Assembly: GCF_006345805.1 (NCBI RefSeq)
Contig: NC_043000.1
Span: forward strand, 4,092,001 to 4,156,000
Length of the DNA: 64,000 nucleotides
Reading direction: 5' to 3'
Origin: Octopus sinensis
Taxonomy: Eukaryota
The notes below the pieces were generated by a model. The model was not told the origin of the DNA, made no database searches, and saw only the letters and a list, made by a program, of their open reading frames with translations. Both the position numbers and the translations under genes were made by a program. This document shows positions 51,160 to 64,000 of this stretch, piece after piece (within the stretch, counting starts at the first letter, position 1; every line of letters begins with the position of its first letter).

Positions 51160-51572
51160 TTATATAAAAACATAATATGGATTTAAAATGTTATCCCATA
51201 TGTTATGTAAAATATGACATCTTAAAAACTAGTAAATAATAACCCAAATAAATGACACAAATAAGTGAATAAATAAGTATATTAAATATATGAGTGGTTA
51301 GCAAGCTTACTTTGCAACCATTTGGTTTTGGGTTCAATCCCTCTTTGCAGCACCTTGGACAAATGTCATCTACTATGTAATAATAATAATAATTTCTGAT
51401 TTAGGTACAGGGCCAGAAATTTTGAGGTGAGGGAATTAGGCAATACCATTGACTCAATTCTTGACTGTTGATTTATTTTATCAATTGCCTGGAGGTATGA
51501 AAAGCAAAGTTGATGGAATTTGAATGCAGAACATAAAGAGCCAGAATATGATGATAATAATAATAATAATAA

Positions 51573-54053
51573 CAATAGCAGACCTAAGAAAGGCACTCAC
51601 GAAGGCCCATAATTGGAAATCCCCCGGTAAAGATAGGGTGCCGAATTTCTGGCTCGCATCGCTCCCATGCGCACACGGTAAGCTAGTTCAGCTGCTCAAT
51701 GGAATTTTGAGAGACCCAAAGAAAACACCTGAATGGTTAGCAAGTGGCATTACTTACCTACTCCCAAAGAATAACGAAACCAACCTTCCAAAAAACTATC
51801 GGCCTATAACCTGTCTATCCACCACGTATAAAATCCTAACATCTATCCTGGCGGAGAAAACATATGCATTCATGGAGAAGAACGATATTTTCCCCATTGA
51901 ACAAAAAGGGTGCCGCCGAGGCTCTTACGGATGCAAAGATCAACTGCTAATCAATCGTATGATCCTTGAGAACTGTCACAACAAGTGCAGAAATCTCAGC
52001 ACCGCATGGATTGACTATAAAAAGGCCTTCGACAGTATACCGCATCCATGGATCTTGAGATCGCTGGACATCTTTAAAATTTCCCCTGTGATTTCAAACT
52101 TCCTGAAGCACAATATGTCGTTGTGGAATACGAATCTCCAATTATACCACTCTAATGGAGTACTTGCCTCAGAAAATATAAACATCAACTGTGGAATTTT
52201 TCAAGGTGACTCACTTTCACCTTTAATATTCTGCATAGCCCTAATACCCCTTACAAGTGAATTAAACAGAACAGGGTATGGGTATAAAATTGCCAATAAA
52301 AAAATAAGCCATCTATTTTATATGGATGACTTAAAACTTTATGGTAAAGACAATAATGAACTTGAAGGCCTATTGCACACCGTGAAAGCATTCAGCGATG
52401 ACATCGGGATGGAGTTTGGACTTGAGAAGTGTGCCAAGGCCACTTTCCAGAAAGGGAAAGTGAAGACCACAAATTCAGTCGTGTTAGATGTTGACACAGT
52501 CATAAGAGAGCTTGAGCAAGAACAGACATACAAATATTTAGGGATAAATGAAGGCTCTGGTATTCAGCATGCAAGCATGAAAGAGAAAATCAGGAAGGAA
52601 TGTTATAGGAGAGTTCGTGCAGTCCTGAAATCTGAACTAAATGCACGTAACAAGTGTTAGCTATAAATTCCTTAGCAGTTCCAGTTGTTACTTATAGCTA
52701 CAATGTGTTGAACTGGAATATGAGTGAAGTAAAGAATATAGATAGAAAAATACGCAAGCTGCTGAGTTGTAATAGGATGCACCACCCAAAGGCAGACGTA
52801 GATCGCCTTTACCTTCCCAGAGCCCAAGGAGGTCGAGGCCTGATCCAATTTGAACTAGCTTACAAAACAACCACAATTGGACTGGCCAATATCTCGAAAT
52901 ATCGAATGACTGGATGCTAAAGCTCGTGGAAAATCACGAGAGACGAAAGAAGCTTCATTCTATCATCAAGGAAAGCAAAAAATTTGCTATTGATCTCGTG
53001 CAGGATACCCAAACTGAACAACCCGAGGGAAGTACGGCAACTATTGTTGCAAAGAAGGTGAAAATGATGGCAATGAAAAAAGCGCACGAGCAATTGGCTG
53101 ATAGGTGGGAGGAGAAACCTCTGCACGGCAAATATGTGACCCGCAGCAAACAAGCTGATGTTGACCAGAAGCAAACCCATCAGTGGCTGCGGAGCTCAGG
53201 GCTAAAAGCAGAGAGCGAAGGTTTCATCCTGGCTGCTCAAGACCAAAGCCTATTAACCCGGAACTACCAGGCCAATGTGATGAAAAATGGAGCAGACCCA
53301 AAATGCCGATTCTGCAACGACATGATTGAAACAGTGGACCACCTAATCTCTGGATGTAAAGTCTTAGCACCAGTGGAGTATAAATTAAGACATGACAGAG
53401 TTGGCCAATATCTCCACTGGCTAATAAGTCGGCATTACAATATCAAAACTGCCGACAAGTGGTATAATCACCACCCTAAGGCTGTAACTGAAGGAGAAAA
53501 TGTAACCATTCTGTGGGACTTTCCAGTACATACAGACCGAACCATCAAGGCCAATAACCAGATATTGTTGTGAAAGACCAAAACAATAAAGTTTGCTTAT
53601 TGATTGACATGAGCATCCCCTGTGATCATAATATCTCAGCGAAAGAGTTTGACAAGCTCAGAAAATATAAAGACCTACTCATTGAAATTGAGAAAATGTG
53701 GCATCTCAAGGCGGTTACAATACCAGTGATCGTAGGAGCACTAGGAATGATCAAGAAGGGAACCGAAAATTATATGAGAATGATCCCTGGCTTACCATCC
53801 CTGCAAGAAGTGCAAAAGATTGTCTTAACTGGTACATCACACGTATTGAGAAGAGCATTGTCGATGTGAGAACTGTTGCTGCTCATGTATTTTAATTTAA
53901 CTTTAAAAAAAAAAAAAAAAAAAAAAAAAGATGAACGAACTACTGAGTTTGGTTTAATAACCTACCAATATACACTATGAGTTTCTTTGCCCTAGGAGTC
54001 GGGAAGACACTCGGCAAGAAATGGAAGAAAATGTGAAAGAAGAAAAAAAAAAG
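51573..54053 (+). mobile_element. 5'-truncated R4/Dong-clade non-LTR retrotransposon (RT, CCHC knuckle, restriction-like endonuclease)
   Basis: RT motifs NYRPITCL, DYKKAFDS, GIFQGDSLSP, YMDD; CRFC..ETVDHLISGC knuckle; PDIVVKD..LIDMSIP..K..KY endonuclease; 3' UTR with A-rich end; (TAA)n on both sides (51554-51572 and 54054-54066). Confidence 0.93.
51575..53869 (+). pseudogene. R4/Dong ORF (about 765 codons) broken by three single-base frameshifts
   Basis: Four consecutive ORFs in the track join by 1-nt deletions near 52655, 52885 and 53555; no in-frame stops otherwise; natural stop at 53867-53869. Confidence 0.88.
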
Positions 54054-54126
54054 TAATAATAATAATGATATTTTGTTTTTGGATTTGGTTTGCAAGATTC
54101 TTTATGTGAGTTTGTGTGTTGAAGCA

Positions 54127-54939
54127 TATTCTGTTGTGTCTGGGGTGAGTCATTTTCTTTTTGTGCCTTATAATGTACGTTGCCAGCGCCACCTTGGCTG
54201 GCTTCCGTGCCGGTGGCACGTTAAAAGCTCCAACCGATCGTGGCCGATGCCGGACCCCCCTGGCACCTGTGCAGGTGGCACGTAAAAAGCACCCACTACA
54301 CTCGCGGAGTGGTTGGCATTAGGAAGGGCATCCAGCTGTAGAAACTCTGCCAGATTAGACTGGAGCCTGGTGCAGCCCCTGGCTTCCCAGACCCCAGTCG
54401 AACCGTCCAACCCGTGCGAGAGCAGAAAACGGATGTTAAATGATGATGATGAAGATGATGAATGTAACACACTCACTGGTAAAACTGCCACTTATTTCTT
54501 ATTTTCATTTTCCTAAAATTTTCATTGCATTTTGCAACCTTTTCAATAGTCTTGACTCTGTCCATTATTTACACTGCGTTCCTTTTTGTTTGTTTGTGCG
54601 AATGTGTGTGGGTCTGTGTGTGTGTGTGTGTGTGTGTGCCTATGCATTCATTTCATTCACCTGATTGTTGTTCTCAGGGTTTTGGGTGGGTGCAGTCCAG
54701 CCACTCAATGCATACATAGGCACACACCCACACACACACTGACCCACACACATGCGCACAAACAAACAAAAATTAATGCAGTGTAAATAACAGAAAGATT
54801 CAAGACTATTGAAAAGGTTGCAAGATGCAACGAAAATTTTAGGAAAATAGAAATAAGAAATAAGTGGAAATTTTACCAGTGAGTGTGTTACATTATAAGG
54901 CACAACAAGAAAATGACTGTCCCCAGACACAACAGAATA
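54127..54939. repeat. Foldback: inverted arms of about 240 bp around a loop of about 55 nt, with a family C copy inserted in the left arm
   Basis: 54127-54177 plus 54467-54650 is the reverse complement of about 54705-54939. Confidence 0.9.
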
Positions 54940-54992
54940 ATAATGATAATGATAATAAAAATAATAATAATAAAGACTCTACTATAATAATA

Positions 54993-55133
54993 TAAGGTTG
55001 TCCCAAAAGTTCGTAGAAAGTCTTGGAAAATAATGGTCTTTATTTTGAGGAATAATTTTTGTTGTTTTTGTTAGTACTTGGCGAGTAAAAATTCAATTTT
55101 CGCAAGTGTTTACGAACTTTTGGGACAACCTAA
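54993..55133. mobile_element. 141-bp mariner-type MITE
   Basis: TIRs aggttgtcccaaaagttcgta and tacgaacttttgggacaacct, flanked by TA. Confidence 0.85.
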
Positions 55134-55905
55134 TAATAATAATGATGGACAACATATGAGCATTCAGCTTCCACTGAACAACCCACACAAATGATCTGGT
55201 TATAGTGATCAAATGTAAGTGTTGCACATTAGTTCGCTCTCTGCATCAAATCATTGTTGTCTGAACAGGCGCATGGTGTGTCATGCCTCAGGTGTCAAAG
55301 TGATCACAGAGCTTTGCAAGATGAAGTGCTTTGCTCAAGAATGCAACGCACCACCCAGTCTAAGAACTGAAATCATGATCTAGCAATCGTGAGTGCAGCA
55401 CAAGGTCAGCAAGTTTGAGGGAAGGGGTAAGTAAATTACAGTGACCCCAGTACTCAACTGGTACTCATTTTATCAGCCCTGAAAGGATAAAGGGTAAAGT
55501 CGACCTCAGTGGAATTTGAACTCAGAATGTAAAACGGATAGAATGCCAAAAAGGCATTTTGTCCAGCATGTTAACAATTCTGTCAGTTTGCCGCCTCAGT
55601 AATGATATTGATGATGACGATGATGATGATGATGAGGAGGAGGAGGAGGAGAACAATGACGATGACAAAAATGAAGACAACACCACCACCAATAATAATA
55701 AAAATAATAATAATCATAATAGTCAACAACAACAGCAACAACAATAATAATATTCATGACTTTGTTGACAATAATCTAACATATAATAATGGAACACGTG
55801 GTTGTAGATATACAATAAATGGGGGTGCGAGAAGGGCAAAAAATCTATTGTAATAATAGGGGTAGGTTTAAAAGTTTGATACAATTTTTTTTTTCTGTTT
55901 TTTCT

Positions 55906-56208
55906 CGCTCTTTTCAAGCCTAGCCAGGCTCATGGGCCTGGTTTCCCGGTTTCTGTGGCGTATGTGTTCCCCCCAGCTGGACGGGACGCCAGTCCATCGC
56001 AGCGTTATTCAAAAAACAGGAAGAGAGAGTGAAAGAAAGTTGGGGCAAAAGAGTACAACAGGGGTCGCCACCACACCCTGCTGGAGCCTCATGGAGCTTT
56101 TAGGTGTTTTCGCTCAATAAACACACACAATGCCCAGTCTGGGAATCGAAACTGCGATCCTCTAACCATGAGTCCGCTGCCCTATTTTGACTGGGTCATT
56201 GCGCCTCC
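55906..56208 (-). mobile_element. Family D SINE, tail type 2
   Basis: Matches the 33406 copy. Confidence 0.85.
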
Positions 56209-56887
56209 ACTTGATACAAATTATAAAAAATATATATAAATGAAGGAAATGTATAAATGTGCCAGTGCCATGTAGAAATAACCCATACTGGTGCCACATA
56301 TAAAGCCATGTAAGAGCACTGCTGTTGGTGCCGTGTAAAAAAGCACCCAGTACACTCTGTGAAGTGGTTGGCATTAGGAAAGGAATCCAGTCACAGAAAC
56401 CATGCAGACAACTGGAGCCTGGTGCAGCTCTGTGGTTGGCCACCTCCTGTCAAACCATCCAACCCATGGCAGCTTGGAAAAAGGACATTAAATGACGACG
56501 ACGACGACGACGGCAACGGCAGTGGCGGCAGCGGCGGATAATAATAATAATAACTGCAAATAAGATTTTCAGAACCTGCCATCTTTTGGTAAACAAAGTA
56601 GGCGCATGTAGCTATTGACAATGCAACTTGTAGTTTACTGAGTTTCCATTAGGTTTGATGTATTGCTGGCGGCATTGATAGTGGAAACAGTTTGGCAAAT
56701 ATAGAAATTAATTAATAAAGCAATTAAATGGTTATCTTTACGATGGGATGGAGGGTCTTCCAGAATTTTTCCTTTTAATTTACTCAAAGTAGAGCCATGT
56801 CGCATTTTATTTTGTAGGTTGTAAAATTAGATTTATAAACAACAAAAACATCAACAGCATTGCCAACAGAACTAGTACTACCACAAA

Positions 56888-57358
56888 CTACCACCACAGC
56901 CACCACAACAACAATAGTCACCACCACAACCACCAGCACCGCCACCACCACCACAGTCACAACCACAACTACAGCCACAACCACCATTGCTGCCACCACC
57001 ACCACCACAACAACAACAGCCACTGCCACCACCACCACCACAGCCACAACTACAACTACAGCCACAACCACAACTACCATTGTGTCACCACCACTTCCAC
57101 CACTGCTACTTCCACCACTACCACCACCACCACAGCCACAACCACAACTACAGCCACAACCACAACCACCATTGCTGCCACCACCACCACCACCACTGCT
57201 ACCTCCACCACCACCACCACCACCACAGCCACAACCACAACCACCATTGCTTCCGCACCACTTCCACCACCACTACCTCCACCACCACCACCACCACAAC
57301 CATAACCACAACCACAATTGCTGCCACCACCAATTCCAGCACAGCTACCACCACCACT
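56888..57358. repeat. Degenerate (ACC/ACA)n trinucleotide tract
   Basis: Low complexity; source of spurious poly-T/P/H ORFs. Confidence 0.95.
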
Positions 57359-57667
57359 ATAAATACAATAATGGACATACAGAATGGTTATTGATCAGTT
57401 GATGTTGTGCCATTTTGGGGAATATTTCTATGGCAGGAGCTTCACAGTATGCAAATTCTACGCATTTTATACACCACATTGTATCTCATAGAATGTAGCA
57501 TGATGTGGAAAGTAAACTTATTATCATCACTTAGTCCCAGGCAACCTGTGGAAGAGCAGACCAATGATCATATCCATGCCAGTCATGACCATCTAATAGA
57601 GAAAGAGAGAGCGAGAGAGAGAGAGAACAAAGGAGAATGAGAGTGAGTGTAAGTGAAAGCAAGAGAA

Positions 57668-58076
57668 ATGGCGTGTGTGATAAGTAGCTTGCTTACCAAC
57701 CACATGGTTCCGGATTCAGTCCCACTGCGTGGCACCTTGGGCAAGTGTCTTCAACTATAGCCTCGGGCTGACCAAAGCCTCGTGAGTGGATTTGGTAGAC
57801 AGAAACTGAAAGAAGCCCGTCATATATATGTATATATATATGTATGTATGAGTGTGTATATGTTTGTGTGTCTGTGTTTGTACCCCACAACATCGCTTGA
57901 CAACCAATGCTGGTGTGTTTACGTCCCCGTAACTTAGCGGTTTGGCAAAAGAAACCAATAGAATAAGTACTAGGCTTACAAAGAGTAAGTCCTGGAGTCG
58001 ATTTGCTTGACTAAAGGCGGTGCTCCAGCATAGCCACAGTCAAATGACTGAAACAAGTAAATGAGTAAAAGAGTAA
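57668..58076 (+). mobile_element. Family A SINE
   Basis: Near full length. Confidence 0.85.
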
Positions 58077-58203
58077 GCATTTTATCTGCTAAGGTAATGC
58101 TTCTCCAGCTCACTGCTTTAAAGCAAATGTAACATACTATCATCATCATTTAATGTCCATTGTCCATGCTGACTTGGATTGGATGGTTTGACTAGAGCTG
58201 GCA

Positions 58204-58419
58204 GAAACATTAGCACACCGGGTGAAATGCTCGGCGGTATTTCATCTGCCACTACATTCTGAGTTCGAATTCCGCCGAGGTCAACTTTGCCTTTCATCCT
58301 TTCTGGGTCGATAAAATAAGTACCAGTTACGCACTGAGGTTGATATAATCGACTTAATCCGTTTGTCTCTCTTTGTTTGTCCTCTCTGTGTTTAGCCCCT
58401 TGTGGGTAGTAAAGAAATA
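58204..58419 (+). mobile_element. Family B SINE inserted in a family C element
   Basis: 19-bp duplication ggtttgactagagctggca at 58185-58203 and 58420-58438. Confidence 0.88.
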
Positions 58420-58974
58420 GGTTTGACTAGAGCTGGCAAGCTGCAGAGCTGCACCAGACTCCAGTTTGATTCAGCATGGTCCCAACAGCTGAATGCTCTT
58501 CCTAACGCCAACCACTTTACAGAGTGTGCTGGTTGCTTCTATGTGGCATCGTATGAGTGCTTTTAAGTGGCACTGGCACAAGTGTTTTTTACATGGCACC
58601 AGTACAGGACTCTTGCATGCCAATCCTCTTCACCAGGGGAGCAGCCTTAACACTTTTGCCATGAAATATGGGTCTACTCTTTCCTTCTTTATTGACAAAG
58701 AAACACTGGATTTGAGGAAAATTTAGCACCTATCTCTAGCAGGTCAAATAACTGTGTGGAGGAGTTGTTCTCAACCATTTTTTACGTATGAACCCTTTCA
58801 ATTACTATTTCATTGTGGTGGGCCCCCATAGCAATTTCATGCTTAAAACTAATTTTAGAGATACTCCTTTAAGAATTCCTATTTTGTTATCCACACATTC
58901 GCTTGTAAGTACAAACATCATACTTACAACAACAATTTTTCTTCAGGCCTCCATAATATAATGTCTACTGAGTT

Positions 58975-59190
58975 CAGCAAGACACCAGATATCTTGGTCC
59001 TTTGTCATCTCATCTGAAAGTTTCAGTATCCTGAGGTCCTCCTTCAGTTCTTCATCCCATGTACTTCTTGGATCTCTTTCTTCCATGTATTCCACCTACT
59101 TTGAGAGATTGGCACTTCTTTTTGGAACTGTCAGCATCCATCCCCATTGCATGACCAAACTAGTGCGGTCTTCTCTGTTGCACACTGCAT
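58975..59190 (-). mobile_element. Degraded RTE LINE ORF2 C-terminus
   Basis: VQQRRPH*FGHAMGMD..KKCQSL..TWDEELKEDLRILKL resembles the RTE RRLRWFGH..RPRKTW end. Confidence 0.7.
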
Positions 59191-60060
59191 AGGGTAGAAG
59201 TAAGTTGTAGTGTGTAGTATGGAAGATGTTAATAAGGAAGGAACTTCTACATGGTGGTTTGACAAGCTAAAAATAGCTGACAAATCTCCTTGAAATCAAA
59301 CCTTCCTTTGCAGTTCAATTTCCTGTCCTTCTGTGTTTGTTCGATGTACTGTGTATGCTCTTTTGACTTTCATTGCTCTCTTTCTTTAATTGACTTACAA
59401 CTACTTTCTATCCCATATTTGTGATAAATTCTAGTGCACCTGAGTAGCACTGTATACAATAAACTCATTATTATTATCATTATGATTTACAAATACTTCA
59501 GAAGAAATATATAAATTAACTTGGACCATAGCAATGACCTCATCAACATCAGCAATGATGGAGTGAGGGAAGTTTTTCCCTTCTCAATGTCACATGATTG
59601 CCCAGAATGCATTTAAAAATAACACTTCACTCTTGAAAATATACTCTGTAAACATGATAGAACTCCTCCTCACCACCACCACCACCACCACCACCACAAC
59701 ACCTAAATGTATAATTTTGTTATACTACAAAAATCTAAAATTCCTGTAGTATAACATTAATGACAGTACAGACATGCTTTTGGAACTAAAATAGTTTATA
59801 ATCATACATGACATTCATGTAGAGATAATTCAAAAAACGTTCTTACTAGTTGAACACTGAACTCCTTCTATTCCAGTTTAGACACAAATTGGACGAGACA
59901 GATCCTTTCATAATGGTGGTAGTTTGATTGCTTATAAAAAATTGCGCATCCAACAAATGACAATTTGCAAAGTAATGGGAAATGACAATACACTAGAAAT
60001 GCAAGCTTTCTGGATAAGAAACCAGAAAAACAAAATACATTAATATAAATGTATCTGCAT

Positions 60061-60095
<35 letters not shown>

Positions 60096-61771
60096 CAAGC
60101 ACAATTCTAAAAACCTCTCCAAAACATTACACACATCAGTTAGACACTTTAATCAAATAACACCATTGTGAAAACTTCAATGCGTTAAACACCTGGTTTT
60201 CAAATGGCACAAATAATAAAAGAGTTAAAATAATAGCGTCTGAAGTAAACTCCCTTTACATCCAAACAGTCCACACCAATGAACATCATACTTACAACAA
60301 TTTTTCTTCAGGCCTCCATAAAAAAAGACACACACATAAAAAGAGAATGTTGCAAACATTTGTTTCTAACAGAAATCACAAAAAACCAACAGGAAAACAC
60401 TTTAAAGAATAATTTACATCATCAACAACAACTGTAAGAATGGTTACATTACACTTCTTTTCAGCAGGAAAAACTTTAATATACCCACACTACAACTCCA
60501 AGAAACTGTTCTCTCTTATCCGGCATTTCTTGAATATCAACCATCAAAAACTACAAAAGGTTGGAATATAAGATGAAAAATTACACCCTTTACTTAGATC
60601 TTAATTTTGACTCTTTCCATCCTTCAGATAATCAAATCAAATGGTCTTTAAGACCTGGCAAAATCTTAAATAAACATCTAGGGCCCTAAGGAATTAATTC
60701 ACTCATCGGCTACTCATACAACTTGTACCAATATTGTTACATGTACAGAAATCTGTCCAAAAGACACAAAAAGAACAATATCCTTTACACAAAAGAAATA
60801 ACACTCCTGTTCCATGATGCATGGAGGTCCTAATTTCATGGGAACCAGCAAAACCAAGAACTGCCTCAATTACTTCTAACACAAAGAAAATGGAAAAAAA
60901 AGAAAAGAACTGAACCTAGAACGATGTGGTTGGGAAGGAAATTTCTTACCACACAGCCATGCCTGATCATGTTAGGCACCTACATAGGAAGTGTTTTGAA
61001 TGTCTTTTCCAGGGGACTTGACATCATAGATCTCCTACCTATTCCAAACAGAATGAAGAATTCTGGTGCCTAGTAAAATGTCTAGAATTACAATGAAAGA
61101 TCGCGACACAGAACTATATTTGACATCTTTTTCACTTCACATCTTAGTTTCTAGAAAATTGTGTTCTTAAAAATATTGAAAATCAAATTTTTTTTTCATC
61201 TTCTTTCTTATTATTTCTGAAGAAGATTTAATATAATAAGTAAGATTTATTTTGCCTGTTATTACTTTAAAATATTTAAACTAGATTATCTAAAAAAAAG
61301 TTTATTTGATTACATAGCTAATGAGAACTAAACCTCTCCAGTCATCAGCAGTTTTCGGTGTAGGAAATTTTGTTAGCTCTAACATTTGAAGAATTTCTCC
61401 AGCAATGAAAGAAAGCTATTTAGCAATTGAAAAATTCACCTTCCAAAAAAACAAAAACAAATTCAGCATGTCAAATCTGATTTAGCATTTTAACAAAAAA
61501 AAAAAGAAAAAAAAAGGCTAAAAAATGGATTAAGAGTTTATTTTGTCATTTCTGTTCAAGAAGTGAGTTTGAGTGTAACAAGTGTAACGAGTGTTTACTT
61601 ACCAATGTGTTAAAGTTACCAAGTTGAAAATATTTGGTTGATTAAATATTCCTTCAGTCATTTCTTTGAAATGAAAGGGAAAAAAAAAAAAAATTATTGA
61701 TTCACTGAAGTTTCCTATAAAACATTTTACATTGCTTGTTCAACTCATCTAGATTACTCATGCATAATATA

Positions 61772-62050
<279 letters not shown>

Positions 62051-62403
62051 GTGTGTGGGAAGGGTGTATAAATACACACACAATTTTTTCTCTTATTTAT
62101 ATGATAGTAAAAGAGTGATGTGAAATATCTAGCATGAAAACCGGTTGGCATTAATGAAAATATTAAACTAAACTAAAAATAGAATTTGAGCAAAATTCCT
62201 TAACTGACGTTTAAGTGTAGATTTTGAACATTATTTTATGCTGTAATAAAACTAAAAACGTGATTTGAATTTCACCACTGAATATGGCATGGCATGGTAT
62301 GGCATGGTAACTTGCAAGTTATCACGCACCATAGTTCTTGTCAATTTAGTTTGAGGAAATTTGCCTAAGGAAGATTGCCAACTGGATTTTACTGCAGGAC
62401 AAT

Positions 62404-62454
62404 TTCATCATCATCAACACCACCACCACCACAACCACCACCACCACCACCACC

Positions 62455-62501
<47 letters not shown>

Positions 62502-62533
62502 TATCACCATCATCCCCATCACCATCATCATCA
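62404..62533. repeat. (CAC)n/(CAT)n tract
   Basis: Direct reading. Confidence 0.95.
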
Positions 62534-63103
62534 TTTAGTTTCCACTTTCCATGCTCGAAGGTAATATTTCACCATGACCAGACACATCTCAATGAAGAAT
62601 GACATTTGCATGATGGTGACATTCACTTAAAACTATTACATGATGCCACAGCAAAGAGACAGTGTCACACACACACACACGCACACACACACATGTGCAC
62701 GCGCGCACACACACAACACACACATACATATCATCATCATAATCATGGGCTTCTTTCAGTTTCCATCTACCAAGTCCACCTGCAAGGCTTTGGTCGGCCT
62801 GGGACTCTAGGAGAAGACATTTACCTCCGGTACCATGAAGTGAGGTTGAACCCAAAACCAGGTGGTTGGGACGCAAACTTCTTACCACACAGCCATGCCT
62901 GAGAATTTACCTCATGCAATTCAATCTGAAACTATTTCCCATGAAAACAAGTTGGTGTGTCAGAATTGATGACAGATGAATGCCAATGACTATTGATTCT
63001 AACAGCAGTTGGTATGTCCTCTCCTTTTCAAGCCAGTTCAATGAGGCTACGAATTTAAGTTTTGAGGAAGAATTATTTTCATATTTTATTGTTTTAAATC
63101 AAT

Positions 63104-63275
63104 AGGCATAGGAGTGGCTGTGTGATAAGTAGCTTGCTTACGAACCACATGGTTCTGGATTCAGTCCCACTGCGTGGCACCTTAGGCAAGTGTCTTCTAC
63201 TATAGCCTCAGGCCAACCAAAGCCTTGTGAGTGGATTTGGTAGATGGAAACTGAAAGAAGCCCGTCGTATGTATG

Positions 63276-63306
<31 letters not shown>

Positions 63307-63553
63307 GTGTGTGCGTGCGTGCGTGTGTGTGTGTGTTTATGTATGTGTCTGTGTTTGTCCTCCCAACATCGCTTGACAACCGATGCTGGTGTGTTTACGT
63401 CCCCATAACTTAGCGGTTCGGCAAAAGACACCAATAGAATAAGTACTAGGCTTACAATGAATAAGTCCTGGGGTCGATTTGCTCGACTAAAGGTGGTGCT
63501 CCAGCATGGCCTCAGTCAAATGACTGAAACAAGTAAAAGAGTAAAAAAGTAAA
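63104..63553 (+). mobile_element. Family A SINE (degraded reverse head at 62744-62900)
   Basis: Full length. Confidence 0.88.
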
Positions 63554-63769
63554 AGATAGAGAGAGTCAGCAGCGCTTTCTTTTGAAACTTTGTCTATAGT
63601 TTAAGCTGTTCTTTTCAGATCGAGATCCTTCTCTAACCACTAACCAAATAGGAATGACTTGTTAGCCAACCTTAAACAATACAAAGATTAAGTACTTTAC
63701 TCAAGAGTTACTTGGGAATGGTGATACTAAGGTTTGAACAAGTCCAATAAAAAAGTCTCTACATCAGGG

Positions 63770-64000
63770 ATTCTCAACCATTTTTTACCTTTGGATCTCT
63801 TTGATTATTATTTTATTCCAGTGGACCCCCATAGCCATTCCATGTTCAGAACTAGTTTTATGGAAACTTCTTTCAAAATTCATATTTTGTTCTTCACATA
63901 TGTGTAGGTTGAATTATGTAAAATATTAGAGACAGACACTTATCTGTTTCTTACAATAAATATACCTAAAGCAAAATTTTTTCTGGGGCTCTTGAAATAC
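63770..64000 (-). mobile_element. hAT-like element end running off the window; a further fragment lies at 58765-58910
   Basis: cagggattctcaacc terminus and internal sequence complementary to 41560-41787. Confidence 0.6.

Noticed and set aside
55559-55917. Acidic and poly-Q/N ORFs
   Set aside because: Compound trinucleotide microsatellite.
56784-57402. Long Thr/Pro/His/Val-rich ORFs (mucin-like)
   Set aside because: All frames on both strands are open because of an ACC/ACA microsatellite; no splice or homology support.
62346-62602. Poly-His/Pro/Ser ORFs
   Set aside because: (CAC)/(CAT) repeats.

Overview
AT-rich eukaryotic genomic DNA, dense in repeats and microsatellites. The SINE/LINE/MITE landscape looks like an octopus (coleoid cephalopod) genome; this is inferred from pattern recognition, not a database search. 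One host gene is well supported: the last four coding exons of a + strand synaptophysin-family (physin/MARVEL) gene at 10926-11047, 15353-15545, 19557-19739 and 21835-21972. All have GT-AG junctions with matching phases and give 211 aa; the 5' exons were not found in the window. About 6.8 kb almost free of transposons follows, probably a long 3' UTR. The rest is mobile DNA: four tRNA-head SINE families (called A, B, D, E here), (GAT)n-tailed 3' ends of an RTE-type LINE (family C), and a 2.5-kb 5'-truncated R4/Dong-clade retrotransposon (RT, CCHC, restriction-like endonuclease) inserted in a (TAA)n tract, with two older relatives. There are also mariner (DD34D-type and DD37D), pogo-like, hAT-like and TTAA piggyBac-like MITEs, non-autonomous Helitrons and Penelope-like relics. 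The most notable structures are oppositely oriented MITE pairs at the two ends of one physin intron (candidate long dsRNA/ADAR substrate), several internal empty-site/filled-site pairs, an 813-bp foldback, an inverted duplication of a SINE with its 5' flank, a pre-miRNA-sized hairpin and an orphan exon-like island at 31.1-31.3 kb. No CRISPR array, rRNA or true tRNA gene was seen, and I cannot claim a proven new system; the findings are testable candidates.
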